Assembly: GCA_964568845.1 (NCBI GenBank)
Contig: CAZMSC010000004.1
Coordinates: 55 to 64,054, forward strand
DNA: 64,000 nucleotides
Direction of reading: 5' to 3'
DNA from: an uncultured Candidatus Bathyarchaeia archaeon
Lineage (GTDB): Archaea > Thermoproteota > CALKCG01 > B24
A model generated the notes under the pieces. That model saw only the letters and a program-made list of their open reading frames with translations, had not been told where the DNA came from and did no database searches. A program made the position numbers and the translations under genes. This document shows, one piece after another, positions 30,227 through 40,359 of this stretch. Positions within the stretch are counted from its first letter, which is position 1. Every line of letters starts with the position of its first letter.

Positions 30227-32095
30227 CTAAGTCTTCTTTAAAAGCCTGAGTTCTTCAGCAACGTCTGTTAAACCTAGTTGTATAAGCCGTTCTTGACTTG
30301 GCACACCATCTTCCCCCCATCCTCTAAGCTCATAATACTTCGGCAACATTTTCTCTAGTTCAACCACCTGACCTGCAGCACCACCATTTTTAAGAGGCTC
30401 TTTAAGAAGCCTATATGGAAGGGTGTCGTCTCTAGCAGTCACACCCCTCTTCACGTTGATTACTCGTTTGAGGTTGTAGATTCTCTCACCGGCTTCAGCA
30501 AGCTCCTTAACAGTCTTATATTGACCAGTAACCATTGATAGTATTGCTGATACAGCAGCTGGGGGGATGAATGCGAATTTACACAATATGAGCGAATCTA
30601 AAACGTCATGCCAATCTTGCATAATCTTAACCACTCTAGGCTTTGTTTCCAAATCGAATCGGTAAATCCGCTCGTGTATACCTAAGTCCGGTATACGCTC
30701 ACCCTGCTCTATTATGAATACTTCACCTCTAAGGTGACATGCACCCCTATGAGAGGTTGCATATTGAAGACCCATGCCTTTGAAAGCCCTGGGATCATGC
30801 ATGGGAATCTCCAACCCTTTAACATGCATAGCTATCTGCTTAGCTTCTTCCCCCATCTCCTCGGACATCTTCTTAACGCCTTCCGCCAGAAAGGCTCCAA
30901 TACCTTCACGTAAAGCTATCTTCCTTATAAGTTGTAGAATTAAATCGGGTTTTCCCCATTCTATTCTTAAGCCGTCGACCTCCCTAGATACTAACCCCCT
31001 GTCGCAACACTCCATTAAGAACGCTATGGAAACACCAGTTGTTATAGTATCTATTCCATACCTGTTACATAGTTCGTTAGCCTTAACTATGGCTTCAATG
31101 TTATCGTTTAAGCATAGAGCCCCAAGCGAAGCCGTTGTCTCATATTCAGGACCCATTCCCTCCTCCGTCTTATATGGACCGTTTTTCACTTCAACTATCC
31201 TGCCGCATGCTATCGGACATCTGAAGCAAGCCCAATTCCTCTTTAGAACCTTTTTTGCCATAGCTTCTCCGGAAATGTTTTCAATCCTACTCCAAATACC
31301 TTCCGTGAAGTGTTTTATAGGTACGTCTCCGTACTCGTACATCATGCTCATAATTCCATCGGTACCGTATGATGAGTATATCTGGACGGTGGGGTGGCTT
31401 CTAATAGTTATGTAGAGCTTTTTCACGTATGATGCAAGCTTATCCTCTTCAGCTGCTGGAATAATTCTAACAGAGCCTTTGACAGCTACGGCCTTGAGAT
31501 TTTTCGAACCCATAACAGCTCCAATGCCACATCTGCCAGCAGCCCTACCCCTATCGTTTATGATGTTTGCATACTTGACAAGGTTTTCACCAGCTGGGCC
31601 AATTGAAGCTACTTTAACTTCTGGGCTCAGCTCCTTCTTTAAAGCGTCTTCACAACTATACGTATCTAAACCCCATAAGTGTTTAGCATCTCTTATCTCA
31701 CAACCAGATTCATGTATCCATAAGTAGACCGGCTTCTCAGACCTACCTTCAACTACCACCCCGTCAAAGCCAGCGAATTTAAGTTCAGGCCCCCAATACC
31801 CTGCTGCATGAGATTCAGCCCATATACCAGTTAAAGGTGAGATGGCGCAGACAGTATATCTACCGGCTGAAGGTGTTATTGTACCAGTTAAAGGCCCAGT
31901 CATGAAAATCAACTTATTGGATGGGTCTAAGGGGTCTATATCCATCGGCGTTTCCCTGTAGATCAACCAAGCCGCATATCCGCTTCCACCTATAAACTTC
32001 TCAGCTACGCTTTCATTTAAAGGCTCTATGAATGCTGATCTACTGCTTAAATTTACCCTTAATATTCGACCGACATATCCTCCTCTAAACGGCAT
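30227..32095 (-). CDS. aor: tungsten aldehyde:ferredoxin oxidoreductase family
   Basis: 622 aa. GYVGRILRVNLS start, GRCGIGAVMGSKNLKA, WACFRCPIACGR (4Fe-4S Cys) and typical AOR domains 2/3. Confidence 0.9.
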   Translation of the reverse strand: MPFRGGYVGRILRVNLSSRSAFIEPLNESVAEKFIGGSGYAAWLIYRETPMDIDPLDPSNKLIFMTGPLTGTITPSAGRYTVCAISPLTGIWAESHAAGYWGPELKFAGFDGVVVEGRSEKPVYLWIHESGCEIRDAKHLWGLDTYSCEDALKKELSPEVKVASIGPAGENLVKYANIINDRGRAAGRCGIGAVMGSKNLKAVAVKGSVRIIPAAEEDKLASYVKKLYITIRSHPTVQIYSSYGTDGIMSMMYEYGDVPIKHFTEGIWSRIENISGEAMAKKVLKRNWACFRCPIACGRIVEVKNGPYKTEEGMGPEYETTASLGALCLNDNIEAIVKANELCNRYGIDTITTGVSIAFLMECCDRGLVSREVDGLRIEWGKPDLILQLIRKIALREGIGAFLAEGVKKMSEEMGEEAKQIAMHVKGLEIPMHDPRAFKGMGLQYATSHRGACHLRGEVFIIEQGERIPDLGIHERIYRFDLETKPRVVKIMQDWHDVLDSLILCKFAFIPPAAVSAILSMVTGQYKTVKELAEAGERIYNLKRVINVKRGVTARDDTLPYRLLKEPLKNGGAAGQVVELEKMLPKYYELRGWGEDGVPSQERLIQLGLTDVAEELRLLKKT

Positions 32096-32169
32096 AGTCT
32101 AGAAAAGACACCTTATTTAGAGATAAAACTTTTTACCTGATAGATAGACTTGAATATTGAGGCGGTTTT

Positions 32170-33537
32170 TTGGTTAAAGTAGCTGTTATAGGTGCTGGTA
32201 GCATAGCGTGGTCTATGACTTTAATTCGAGATTTATGTGTTACTCCAAGCCTATGGAAGAGTACTGTTTCATTGATGGATATAAATGAAGAGCGTTTAAA
32301 CCTATGCTATAGTGCTGCTAAAAGATACGCATCTGAAGTTAAAGCAGATTTAGAATTTAAGAAGACTATGGATAGAAGAGAAGCGGTTAAGGATGCAGAT
32401 TTCGTCATAAATACCGCTATGGCTGGAGGACATCAATACTATGAGAAGATGAGAGAGATATCTGAGAAGCATGGCTACTATAGGGGGATAAACAGCGTAG
32501 AGTGGAATATGGTTTCAGACTACCATACAATTTGGGGATACTACCAACTCAAATTAATGATTGATATAGGCAGAGATATGGAAGAGCTGTGTCCAGACGC
32601 ATGGCTTCTCCTACTCGCAAACCCGGTTTTTGAAGGCACCACTCTACTATCAAGAGAAACGAAGCTGAAGGTCATAGGGCTCTGCCATGGGCATTTAGGA
32701 TATAAGGAAATGGCTGGAGTAATGGGGCTTGATTTGAAGGAGACAGAGGTTGAATCCATAGGCCTAAACCATGTGATCTGGATGACGAAATTCCGCTACA
32801 GGGAGAAAAATGGATATCCACTCTTAGACGAATGGATTGATGAGAAGGCAGAGGATTATTGGAAAGTATGGAGGCGAACCCAGAGAAACCCATTCGACCT
32901 GCAGATGTCTCCTGCAGCGGTGGACATGTATAAAAGATATGGGCTATTTCCAATAGGAGACTCCGTGAGGGGGGGAACATGGAAATACCACTGGAATCTA
33001 GAAACTAAGAAGAAGTGGTTCGGACCCACAGGCGGTCCGGACTCTGAAACTGGCTGGGCGATATACTTAGAATGGCAGAGGAGGGGTATTGAAAACATAG
33101 CCAGACGTATCAAAGACCAGTCTACTCCTTTGACCAAAGTGTTCCCACCGCGTAGAAGTGAAGAATCGGTTGTACCTATAATGGAATCTATTGTTACTGG
33201 CAATAGGAGAATATACCAAGTTAATATTCTGAACAAAGGAATGGTGAAAGGTATTCCAGATGACGTGGCTGTAGAAGTACCTATTGAGATAGATGGAAAG
33301 GGAGTTCATAGAACGTACTCAGGAGAGCTGTCTAAACGTATAATGAAGCACGTTATAAATCTTAGGATTACAAGGATGGAGTGGGCGCTTGAAGCATTCC
33401 TAGAAGGAGGCAGAGACCTTTTATTTGAATGGCTGATAGTAGATCCGAGGACTAAGTCGAATGAGCAGATTGAGGAAGCGATAAATGACATATTATTGCT
33501 ACCGGAGAATGTAGAAATGGCGAAACACTTCAAGTAG
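32170..33537 (+). CDS. GH4 NAD/Mn-dependent glycosidase
   Basis: KVAVIGAGS Rossmann start, LANPVFEGT and VIGLCHGH. TTG start. Confidence 0.8.
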   Translation: MVKVAVIGAGSIAWSMTLIRDLCVTPSLWKSTVSLMDINEERLNLCYSAAKRYASEVKADLEFKKTMDRREAVKDADFVINTAMAGGHQYYEKMREISEKHGYYRGINSVEWNMVSDYHTIWGYYQLKLMIDIGRDMEELCPDAWLLLLANPVFEGTTLLSRETKLKVIGLCHGHLGYKEMAGVMGLDLKETEVESIGLNHVIWMTKFRYREKNGYPLLDEWIDEKAEDYWKVWRRTQRNPFDLQMSPAAVDMYKRYGLFPIGDSVRGGTWKYHWNLETKKKWFGPTGGPDSETGWAIYLEWQRRGIENIARRIKDQSTPLTKVFPPRRSEESVVPIMESIVTGNRRIYQVNILNKGMVKGIPDDVAVEVPIEIDGKGVHRTYSGELSKRIMKHVINLRITRMEWALEAFLEGGRDLLFEWLIVDPRTKSNEQIEEAINDILLLPENVEMAKHFK

Positions 33538-33745
33538 AAAAACAATCTTTAAAAAATGCGTGAGAGTGTTATTTAGGAATAGTTTTATAGAAAAATTTAT
33601 AAGTAGACCCCTATCATACGTTTTCAAATGCCACCTTCCAATATGAAGAAAACCACCACTCTTTTTAAGAGGTTTTATATTACTGTAGGTTATAGTTTTT
33701 AAGCCCAAACCTCTAGCTGAATTGGAGGTGGCGCTGGGGGTCGTT

Positions 33746-35008
33746 ATGGTTTCCGAACGCACCATTGTTGTGAAATTTGGCGGGAAAACCCTTTCCAATG
33801 GTTTGAGCATTAGGAAAGCCGCTGAAATGGTCGCGGACGCCTATAAGAGGGGGATTAAACCCATAGTAGTAGTTTCAGCTATGGGTAGTACAACAGACGA
33901 TCTACTGAGCACAGTTAAAGAGGCTACAGGTGGTATTGTCTCAAACGATATTCTGGACGATATTGTTTCCATGGGTGAAAGAACAAGTGCTAGAATATTT
34001 ACCTCAGCTCTTAAATCTCTAGGTTTAGAATCTGTATACTTAGATCCTTATATGGAAGATTGGCCTATAATTGCGAATAATAAGTTTGGAAATGCCGATC
34101 CCCTTATACCGGAGACCTATGCGAAACTCAAAAGAGTTTTAACACCTCTGGTAGAAAAGGGTATTGTGCCGATCATACCCGGATTTATAGGTAAAACTCT
34201 GGATGGGCGAATAATAACTCTAGGAAGAGGGGGAAGCGATTTAACCGCTCTACTTATAGGTGGAGCCTTAGATTTAAAGGAAGTTGTATTTGTCTCTGAC
34301 GTAGATGGTATAATGACTGGCGATCCTAAGATCATAGAAGATCCTAGAGTGCTTAAGGAAATCGAAGTGAAGACGCTCATAGGCTTAGCCGATTCTGATG
34401 TAAAGTTCATTAAGAGGAAGACTTTAAAGTACAAACCTTCCGATGTTAACATTAAACTCATAAACTTTAGAAGTGGGAGAGTGGATGTTGAGGGCACCGT
34501 TATCAAAGGCTCTTTTCCAAATCCAAATTCGAACTCAAGGTTTGAGGTTGAAGTCTATAAGGAACCTATAGCCGCTTTAACTGCAGTAGGTAAAGGCATT
34601 TCAAGTAGGCCTGAAGTTTTAGCTGAAGTCTTCAAATCGATCAGAGAAGCTGGTGCACAGCCAATAGGTGTTACAACAGACTCAGAATCTATAATACTTT
34701 ATATTTCTGAGTCTAAGAGTCTAGATACAGCTAAGAAAATTCACTCCATCGTCTTAAAAAACCCGGATACCCTCATAGCAGTTGCTTTGAGGAGGAACCT
34801 AGCCCTAATTAGTATTAAAGGTATTGGTTTAGAGGAGACCCCCGGTATTATTGGAAAGATAACAGAACCCCTTGGGAGAAAGGGGATAAATATTCACGGT
34901 ATTTTCACGATAACTTCTACTATAAATCTCATTGTAACTCAGAATGATGTTGAACAAGTCTATAAACTCGTAACGGATGTTTTAAGCACGGTGAACGGAA
35001 ATGATTAA
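33746..35008 (+). CDS. aspartate kinase with C-terminal ACT domains
   Basis: IVVKFGGKTL, IVVVSAMGSTTDDLL and GRGGSDLTA. Start set at MVSERT. Confidence 0.85.
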   Translation: MVSERTIVVKFGGKTLSNGLSIRKAAEMVADAYKRGIKPIVVVSAMGSTTDDLLSTVKEATGGIVSNDILDDIVSMGERTSARIFTSALKSLGLESVYLDPYMEDWPIIANNKFGNADPLIPETYAKLKRVLTPLVEKGIVPIIPGFIGKTLDGRIITLGRGGSDLTALLIGGALDLKEVVFVSDVDGIMTGDPKIIEDPRVLKEIEVKTLIGLADSDVKFIKRKTLKYKPSDVNIKLINFRSGRVDVEGTVIKGSFPNPNSNSRFEVEVYKEPIAALTAVGKGISSRPEVLAEVFKSIREAGAQPIGVTTDSESIILYISESKSLDTAKKIHSIVLKNPDTLIAVALRRNLALISIKGIGLEETPGIIGKITEPLGRKGINIHGIFTITSTINLIVTQNDVEQVYKLVTDVLSTVNGND

Positions 35009-36074
35009 CGTGATGGTTTTAGGAGCGACTGGAGTAGTAGGTCAGCAGTTTCTAGTGGCTTTAGCAAATCATCCTTGGTTTAACGTAGTTAAACTCATAG
35101 CTTCGCAGAGGTCAGCTGGTAAAAGGTACATAGAAGCAATTAGAGACGAATCTACAGGTTCCATTAGATGGTATTGTGATGAGCCTCTACCGGAGCCATT
35201 TGAAAGCATGATCGTTGAAGCTTTTGAAGATAATATATTAAAAGATGTTGATCTGGTTTTTTCAGCCGTAGAATCGGATGTAGCTAGAGAAATTGAGCCG
35301 AAGATGGCTAGAGAAAAACCTGTGGTGAGTACAGCCTCTGCGTTTAGATATGAGGAAGATGTCCCTCTTATGATCCCAGGTGTGAATGATAGTCATTCTT
35401 CTCTAATAGAAGAACAGAGACGTAGGAGGAGATGGAGCGGATTCATAACTCCGATACCCAATTGTACTACGACGGGTTTAGCGATAACGCTTAAACCGGT
35501 TATGGATAGGTTTGGAATCAAGCTTGTCCTAATGACGTCTATGCAAGCACTTTCTGGAGCTGGTAGGTCTCCAGGGGTCATAGGGTTAGATATTTTAGAC
35601 AACATAATCCCCTATATACCTAGGGAGGAGGAGAAGGTTCAAACGGAAGTTTTAAAGATACTAGGTAATTATGATGGAGAGACTATTCGACCAGCAGGCT
35701 TCAAAGTGAGTTGTACGTGTACGAGGGTTAACGTTAAAGATGGACATACTGAAAGCGTCTTCCTCTCATTAAGGGAGAAAGCGGGTGTAGAAGAGTTTAA
35801 GAAGACTTTAAGAGAATTTAAAGGCTGTTCAAACATGGATTTACCTTCAGCTCCTAAAAGAATGATTATAGTTCACGACGACCCTTATAGGCCTCAGCCT
35901 AGACTTGACAGGAACTTAGAAGGGGGGATGGCTACTATTGTTGGAAGGGTTAGAGAAGATCCTGCCCTAGAAAATGGTATAAAATACATACTTTTATCTC
36001 ATAACACTAAAATGGGGGCTGCGAAGGGCGCAGTCCTCTTAGCTGAGCTACTCTATAAAAGGGGGTTTATATGA
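35001..36074 (+). CDS. asd: aspartate-semialdehyde dehydrogenase
   Basis: VLGATGVVGQ, active-site IPNCTT and LSHNTKMGAA. 8-nt overlap with the upstream kinase gene. Confidence 0.9.
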   Translation: MINVMVLGATGVVGQQFLVALANHPWFNVVKLIASQRSAGKRYIEAIRDESTGSIRWYCDEPLPEPFESMIVEAFEDNILKDVDLVFSAVESDVAREIEPKMAREKPVVSTASAFRYEEDVPLMIPGVNDSHSSLIEEQRRRRRWSGFITPIPNCTTTGLAITLKPVMDRFGIKLVLMTSMQALSGAGRSPGVIGLDILDNIIPYIPREEEKVQTEVLKILGNYDGETIRPAGFKVSCTCTRVNVKDGHTESVFLSLREKAGVEEFKKTLREFKGCSNMDLPSAPKRMIIVHDDPYRPQPRLDRNLEGGMATIVGRVREDPALENGIKYILLSHNTKMGAAKGAVLLAELLYKRGFI

Positions 36075-36095
36075 CGTTAAAGTGGGGTGATTTAA

Positions 36096-36881
36096 TTGAT
36101 CGGGAAAATTAGAAGATTGTCTAGGATATTTAGGAGCGATGGAAAAACCGTAATAGTCCCAATGGATCATGGTGTAACCCTCGGACCTATTGCTGGTATT
36201 GAGAACATTTCTAAGATTGTTGAGAAGCTTAAGAGGGGTGGTGCCGATGCCGTACTCGTCCATAAAGGATGGGCTAGATTGATAGATACTAGGGGGATGT
36301 CGCTGATTCTCCATATATCGGCAAGTACAAGGCTTGGGCCTGATCCGGATTGGAAAGTGACGGTAGCCTCTGTAGAAGAGGCCGTGGCATTGGGTGCTGA
36401 CGGAGTCTCCGTACATATAAACATCGGATGCGAAAGAGAGCCTGAAATGCTGAGTTTACTAGGTGCTGTTGCAGAGTCTTGTGAAGATTGGGGAATGCCT
36501 CTTCTAGTCATGGCATATCCTAGGGGACCCAAAATAGCAAATCAACACGATCCCGAACTTGTCTCGCATGTGGCTAGGGTAGCCGCAGAACTAGGGGCTG
36601 ATGTTGTTAAAACGAATTATACAGGAAGTGTTGAAAGCTTTAGAAGGGTTGTTGACGGCTGTCCTATCCCAGTTGTTATAGCAGGTGGACCTAAGGTAAG
36701 TTCAGACAGAGAATTACTTGATATGATTAAAAACTCTATAGACTCGGGTGGGGCTGGTGTTTCCATCGGTAGGAACATCTTCCAGCATGAAAAACCAGAC
36801 CTCATAACTAGAGCGATAGTAGGTATTGTTCACGGTGAGATGAATGTTGAAGATGCTATTAAAATACTACGTGGCGGTTAG
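36096..36881 (+). CDS. aroA': 2-amino-3,7-dideoxy-D-threo-hept-6-ulosonate (ADH) synthase, class I aldolase family
   Basis: Near-collinear similarity to the MJ0400 type: TVIVPMDHGV, GADAVLVHKG, AYPRG, ELGADVVKTNYTG and GRNIFQH. Lies directly upstream of DHQ synthase II. Confidence 0.8.
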   Translation: MIGKIRRLSRIFRSDGKTVIVPMDHGVTLGPIAGIENISKIVEKLKRGGADAVLVHKGWARLIDTRGMSLILHISASTRLGPDPDWKVTVASVEEAVALGADGVSVHINIGCEREPEMLSLLGAVAESCEDWGMPLLVMAYPRGPKIANQHDPELVSHVARVAAELGADVVKTNYTGSVESFRRVVDGCPIPVVIAGGPKVSSDRELLDMIKNSIDSGGAGVSIGRNIFQHEKPDLITRAIVGIVHGEMNVEDAIKILRGG

Positions 36882-36884
36882 AAC

Positions 36885-37928
36885 TTGAGTAAAGAGCTTT
36901 GGGTTAAGCTGAAGGAAGATCAGAGAAATTTAAGAGAGTTTATCGACGAAGTTAGGGAATTTGTCGATTTTTTCCTAATTTCCGACTGGAGGCTTATATT
37001 TAAAGATAAAATACCGAATGTTAAAGTGGTTTCGAAAACTGGTGGAGATTTAAAGCTCGTAGACTGTGTAGATGAGGCTTCTCCAGGCTCATGTTTAACT
37101 GTAGAAGTGTCTAGTAAGGAAGATGAAGGGAAGATACTTGAAGGGTCGAATAGGGGATGTAGCTACATTATTGTTAAATGTTTAAATTGGAAAATCATAC
37201 CTTTAGAGAACATCGTAGCCAAGCTTCATGGAAGGACGAAGATAATAGCCGAAGCTTCACGTGTGGAGGAGGCTGAGACTCTAATTAATGTCTTGGAAGT
37301 AGGGGTGGACGGTGTTTTAATCGAAAACACAAACCCTGAAGATATTAGAAGGCTTAGGGAAGCTATTAGAAAAAGTATTAACCGCTTAGAGTTGAAAAGC
37401 GCAAAGATAGTGCTCGTTAAACCCGTTAAACTTGGAGCGCGAGTATGCCTAGACACTTGTGACCTTTTAAGTGAGGGAGAAGGAGTCCTAGTGGGATGTC
37501 AGTCATCAGGACTTTTCCTAATAGAGGCGGAGGTTCATGGAAATCCGTATGTAGAGGCTAGACCGTTCAGAGTGAACGCGGGACCACCAGCACTCTACGT
37601 ACTCGTTCCAGGGGGGAAGACCCGATATTTATCTGAGCTTAAAGCTGGGGACACTATTTTAACTGTTAAAAGGGATGGGTCTTTCAGAGAAGTTGAGCTG
37701 TGTAGAGTTAAAATAGAGTGGAGACCTCTTAAACTTGTCGAAGTCGAATATGCTGGTGTAACCTACAAAACTGTCGTACAGGATGCCGAAACCGTAAGGT
37801 TTGTGACTGGCGATGGATCTAAATCCATAACTGATCTCAAAACTGGTGACGAAGTCCTTCTATACACTCAGGAAGGAGGTAGACATTTCGGAACGCTTGT
37901 GAAATCCGAGAGGATAATCGAAAGATGA
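36885..37928 (+). CDS. aroB': 3-dehydroquinate synthase II
   Basis: WKIIPLENIVA, RVCLDTCDLL.EGEG, NPYVEARPFRVNAGP, KTRYLSELKAGD and RVKIEWRPL, as in the MJ1249 type. Confidence 0.9.
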   Translation: MSKELWVKLKEDQRNLREFIDEVREFVDFFLISDWRLIFKDKIPNVKVVSKTGGDLKLVDCVDEASPGSCLTVEVSSKEDEGKILEGSNRGCSYIIVKCLNWKIIPLENIVAKLHGRTKIIAEASRVEEAETLINVLEVGVDGVLIENTNPEDIRRLREAIRKSINRLELKSAKIVLVKPVKLGARVCLDTCDLLSEGEGVLVGCQSSGLFLIEAEVHGNPYVEARPFRVNAGPPALYVLVPGGKTRYLSELKAGDTILTVKRDGSFREVELCRVKIEWRPLKLVEVEYAGVTYKTVVQDAETVRFVTGDGSKSITDLKTGDEVLLYTQEGGRHFGTLVKSERIIER

Positions 37929-37929
37929 G

Positions 37930-38634
37930 ATGTCGAGTTTGATCGAAACCTATAGGATATGCGTACCTGTAAAAGCTGAGGATGTACGCAGTGCTATTGA
38001 GATTGTTGTAGAAGCCGAAGAACTTATGGTGGATTTCGTAGAGGTTAGAATGGACTATATGAGGGATATTGGCAATCTGTCCGATATCGCGGGCTCAACT
38101 AGGATCCCGCTTATAGCTACGTTCAGACCTAGAAGGCATGGAGGATTATTCGATGGTAAAGATGAGGATAGGATTGAAGTGTTAAAGAAGTCTATTAACG
38201 CTGGTTTCAAATATGTAGATTTAGAGCTCGATACAGATGGGTTGGATAAAGCAGTTGAAGATTTTAAAAAGATGGGTGTAAAACTCATAGTTTCTCATCA
38301 CGATTTTAGTCGTACTCCGACTGTTTTAGAGCTTAAATGGCTTCTCTTGAGAGAATTGAGCTACGAGCCTGATATATGTAAGCTAATCACTTACGCCAAC
38401 CATCTAGAAGATAACATGATGTGTCTAAAATTCTTATCGAGATTTAGTAGAAGTGTGAAATTGGTCTGTTTTGCCATGGGTAGACTAGGTTTAATATCTA
38501 GAGTTTTAAGCCCACTCTACGGCGGATTTTTCACATTTGCCTCTCTGAAGAAGGGTTTGGAAACAGCTCCTGGTCAGCCTACAGTTAAGGAATTAAGGAG
38601 TATTGTTAAAGTTATGGAGGAGGCTGGATTTTGA
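37930..38634 (+). CDS. aroD: type I 3-dehydroquinate dehydratase
   Basis: EVRMDY, IATFR, VSHHDF and ICKLI (Schiff-base Lys region). Confidence 0.8.
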   Translation: MSSLIETYRICVPVKAEDVRSAIEIVVEAEELMVDFVEVRMDYMRDIGNLSDIAGSTRIPLIATFRPRRHGGLFDGKDEDRIEVLKKSINAGFKYVDLELDTDGLDKAVEDFKKMGVKLIVSHHDFSRTPTVLELKWLLLRELSYEPDICKLITYANHLEDNMMCLKFLSRFSRSVKLVCFAMGRLGLISRVLSPLYGGFFTFASLKKGLETAPGQPTVKELRSIVKVMEEAGF

Positions 38635-39497
38635 ATATAAATGGTAAGACAGGACTTCTATGCCTTATAGGAGATCCTGTTGAGCATTCTCTAAGCCCTT
38701 TAATACATAATATTGCTTTGAGAGAGCTTAGCTTAAACTACATTTACATGGCGTTTAGAGTATCTAGAGATAAACTTAGTCAAGTTGTTGAGGCTTTCAA
38801 GGTCATAGGCGTCAAGGGGTTCAATGCAACGATGCCTTTAAAGAGGGATTTAATACGCGTTTTAGATGAAGTAGATGATAAGGCATTGAAAATAGGTGCG
38901 GTCAATACTGTATTGAACAGATCTGGAAGATTTATCGGGTTTAACACTGACGGTATAGGTGCTGTTAAAGCGTTAGAGAAAAATAACGTCAAGATCGATG
39001 GAGCTTATATAGTCCTACTAGGTGCTGGTAGTACGGGTAGGGCAATAGCGTACACTTTAATGGATAGAGACTGCAACATGGCTATACTTAATAGAACTGT
39101 CGAAAAATCTAAGATGCTAGCAATGGAGATTTCAGGCGGAAACGCCAGAGTTGAATGGGGATCTTTGACTGAAGATTCTCTGAGAATGCACCTTTCAAAA
39201 GCAGATGTTGTTGTAAATTCTACGTCTGTTGGGATGAAGCCTATGGATGGTGAAACGCCCATTCCTAAAAGTTTACTGAGAAGCGGCCTTGTAGTTTTCG
39301 ACATCGTCTACAGCCCTCTTGAAACGAGACTTTTAAAAGAAGCTAGAGAAGCAGGTGCTCAAACAATAGACGGGTTGGAGATGCTTTTAAATCAAGGCTT
39401 AGAGTCCTTCAAAATATGGTTCGGAGCATATCCTCCACTTGAGCATATTATAAATGCTCTAGAAGACGTTAGAAGGGGATATTTTGCCGGTAGGTAA
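38631..39497 (+). CDS. aroE: shikimate 5-dehydrogenase
   Basis: HSLSPLIHN, GFNATMPLK, NTDG and GAGSTGRA. Confidence 0.9.
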   Translation: MNINGKTGLLCLIGDPVEHSLSPLIHNIALRELSLNYIYMAFRVSRDKLSQVVEAFKVIGVKGFNATMPLKRDLIRVLDEVDDKALKIGAVNTVLNRSGRFIGFNTDGIGAVKALEKNNVKIDGAYIVLLGAGSTGRAIAYTLMDRDCNMAILNRTVEKSKMLAMEISGGNARVEWGSLTEDSLRMHLSKADVVVNSTSVGMKPMDGETPIPKSLLRSGLVVFDIVYSPLETRLLKEAREAGAQTIDGLEMLLNQGLESFKIWFGAYPPLEHIINALEDVRRGYFAGR

Positions 39498-40353
39498 GGC
39501 TATAGCTTACGGTGCCGTCACAGTGGTCAATGCTCTAGCTACGGGTAGAGGAGCGGCTTTAGGTATAAATCTCTGGACTGAAGCGACGGTTAAGCTTACG
39601 AATAAACCGGGTGTCGTAGACGGAATTATAGTATCAGATCCTATGGAAGATAAAACGCTCATGGAAAAATGCGTTTTAAAAGTTTTGAGAAAATTTAGCC
39701 TTGACGAAGTTTACGGTGCTTATGTTGAAACTATATCGAATATACCGATAGCTAGGGGATTAAAGAGTAGTAGCGTTGCTTCTAACGCTATAGTTTTAGC
39801 CACCATTGATGCTTTAAATGAAGAATTGCCAGATGAAGAAGCGCTTAAGCTGAGCGTTGAAGCCTGTATCGAGGCTGGTGTGACTGTTACAGGAGCATTA
39901 GATGATGCGTCGGCCTCATACCTAGGGGGAATGACGGTTACAGATAATAAGGCTATGAAGATATTGAAACGGTTTGAAGTAGATGAGGATATCAAGGTTT
40001 TAATCCATGTTCCTATGTTCAAACGATATACGACTAAAGTGGACTTGTCTAAGCTTAAACTCATGTCTGAAGAATTGGACGTAGCCTTCAGGGAAGCCAT
40101 AGAGGGGAGGTGGAGGACCGCGATGGTATTGAACAGTTTAATATGCTGTTCGACCTTAGGCTACACTATTGAGCCAGTTTTAAATGCTTTAGAAGCCGGT
40201 GCGTTAGCATCCGGGTTATCCGGTAAAGGACCAGCTATCTTTGCATTAGCCTACCAAGACTCCGTAAATTCTATAAAAAACGCTTGGAGCAATTTAGATG
40301 GCGAATTAATAGAAGCGTCCGTTAACAACGGGAAAGCCCATACGTTGAAGTGA
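39484..40353 (+). CDS. aroK: archaeal GHMP-type shikimate kinase
   Basis: AYGAVTVVNALATGRGAALGINL plus GHMP motif PIARGLKSSSVASNA. MJ1440-like. Confidence 0.8.
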   Translation: MPVGKAIAYGAVTVVNALATGRGAALGINLWTEATVKLTNKPGVVDGIIVSDPMEDKTLMEKCVLKVLRKFSLDEVYGAYVETISNIPIARGLKSSSVASNAIVLATIDALNEELPDEEALKLSVEACIEAGVTVTGALDDASASYLGGMTVTDNKAMKILKRFEVDEDIKVLIHVPMFKRYTTKVDLSKLKLMSEELDVAFREAIEGRWRTAMVLNSLICCSTLGYTIEPVLNALEAGALASGLSGKGPAIFALAYQDSVNSIKNAWSNLDGELIEASVNNGKAHTLK

Positions 40354-40359
40354 TGAATT

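Noticed and set aside
30774-31415. 213-aa plus-strand ORF
   Set aside because: It is antisense to the AOR gene, which has strong family motifs, and the ORF has no recognisable motif. The same reasoning applies to 31479..31727.
33499-33810. 103-aa minus-strand ORF upstream of the aspartate kinase gene, and the chain of minus-strand ORFs at 32541..33545
   Set aside because: These are antisense to the GH4 gene or span its terminator and promoter region. Their composition is typical of shadow frames.
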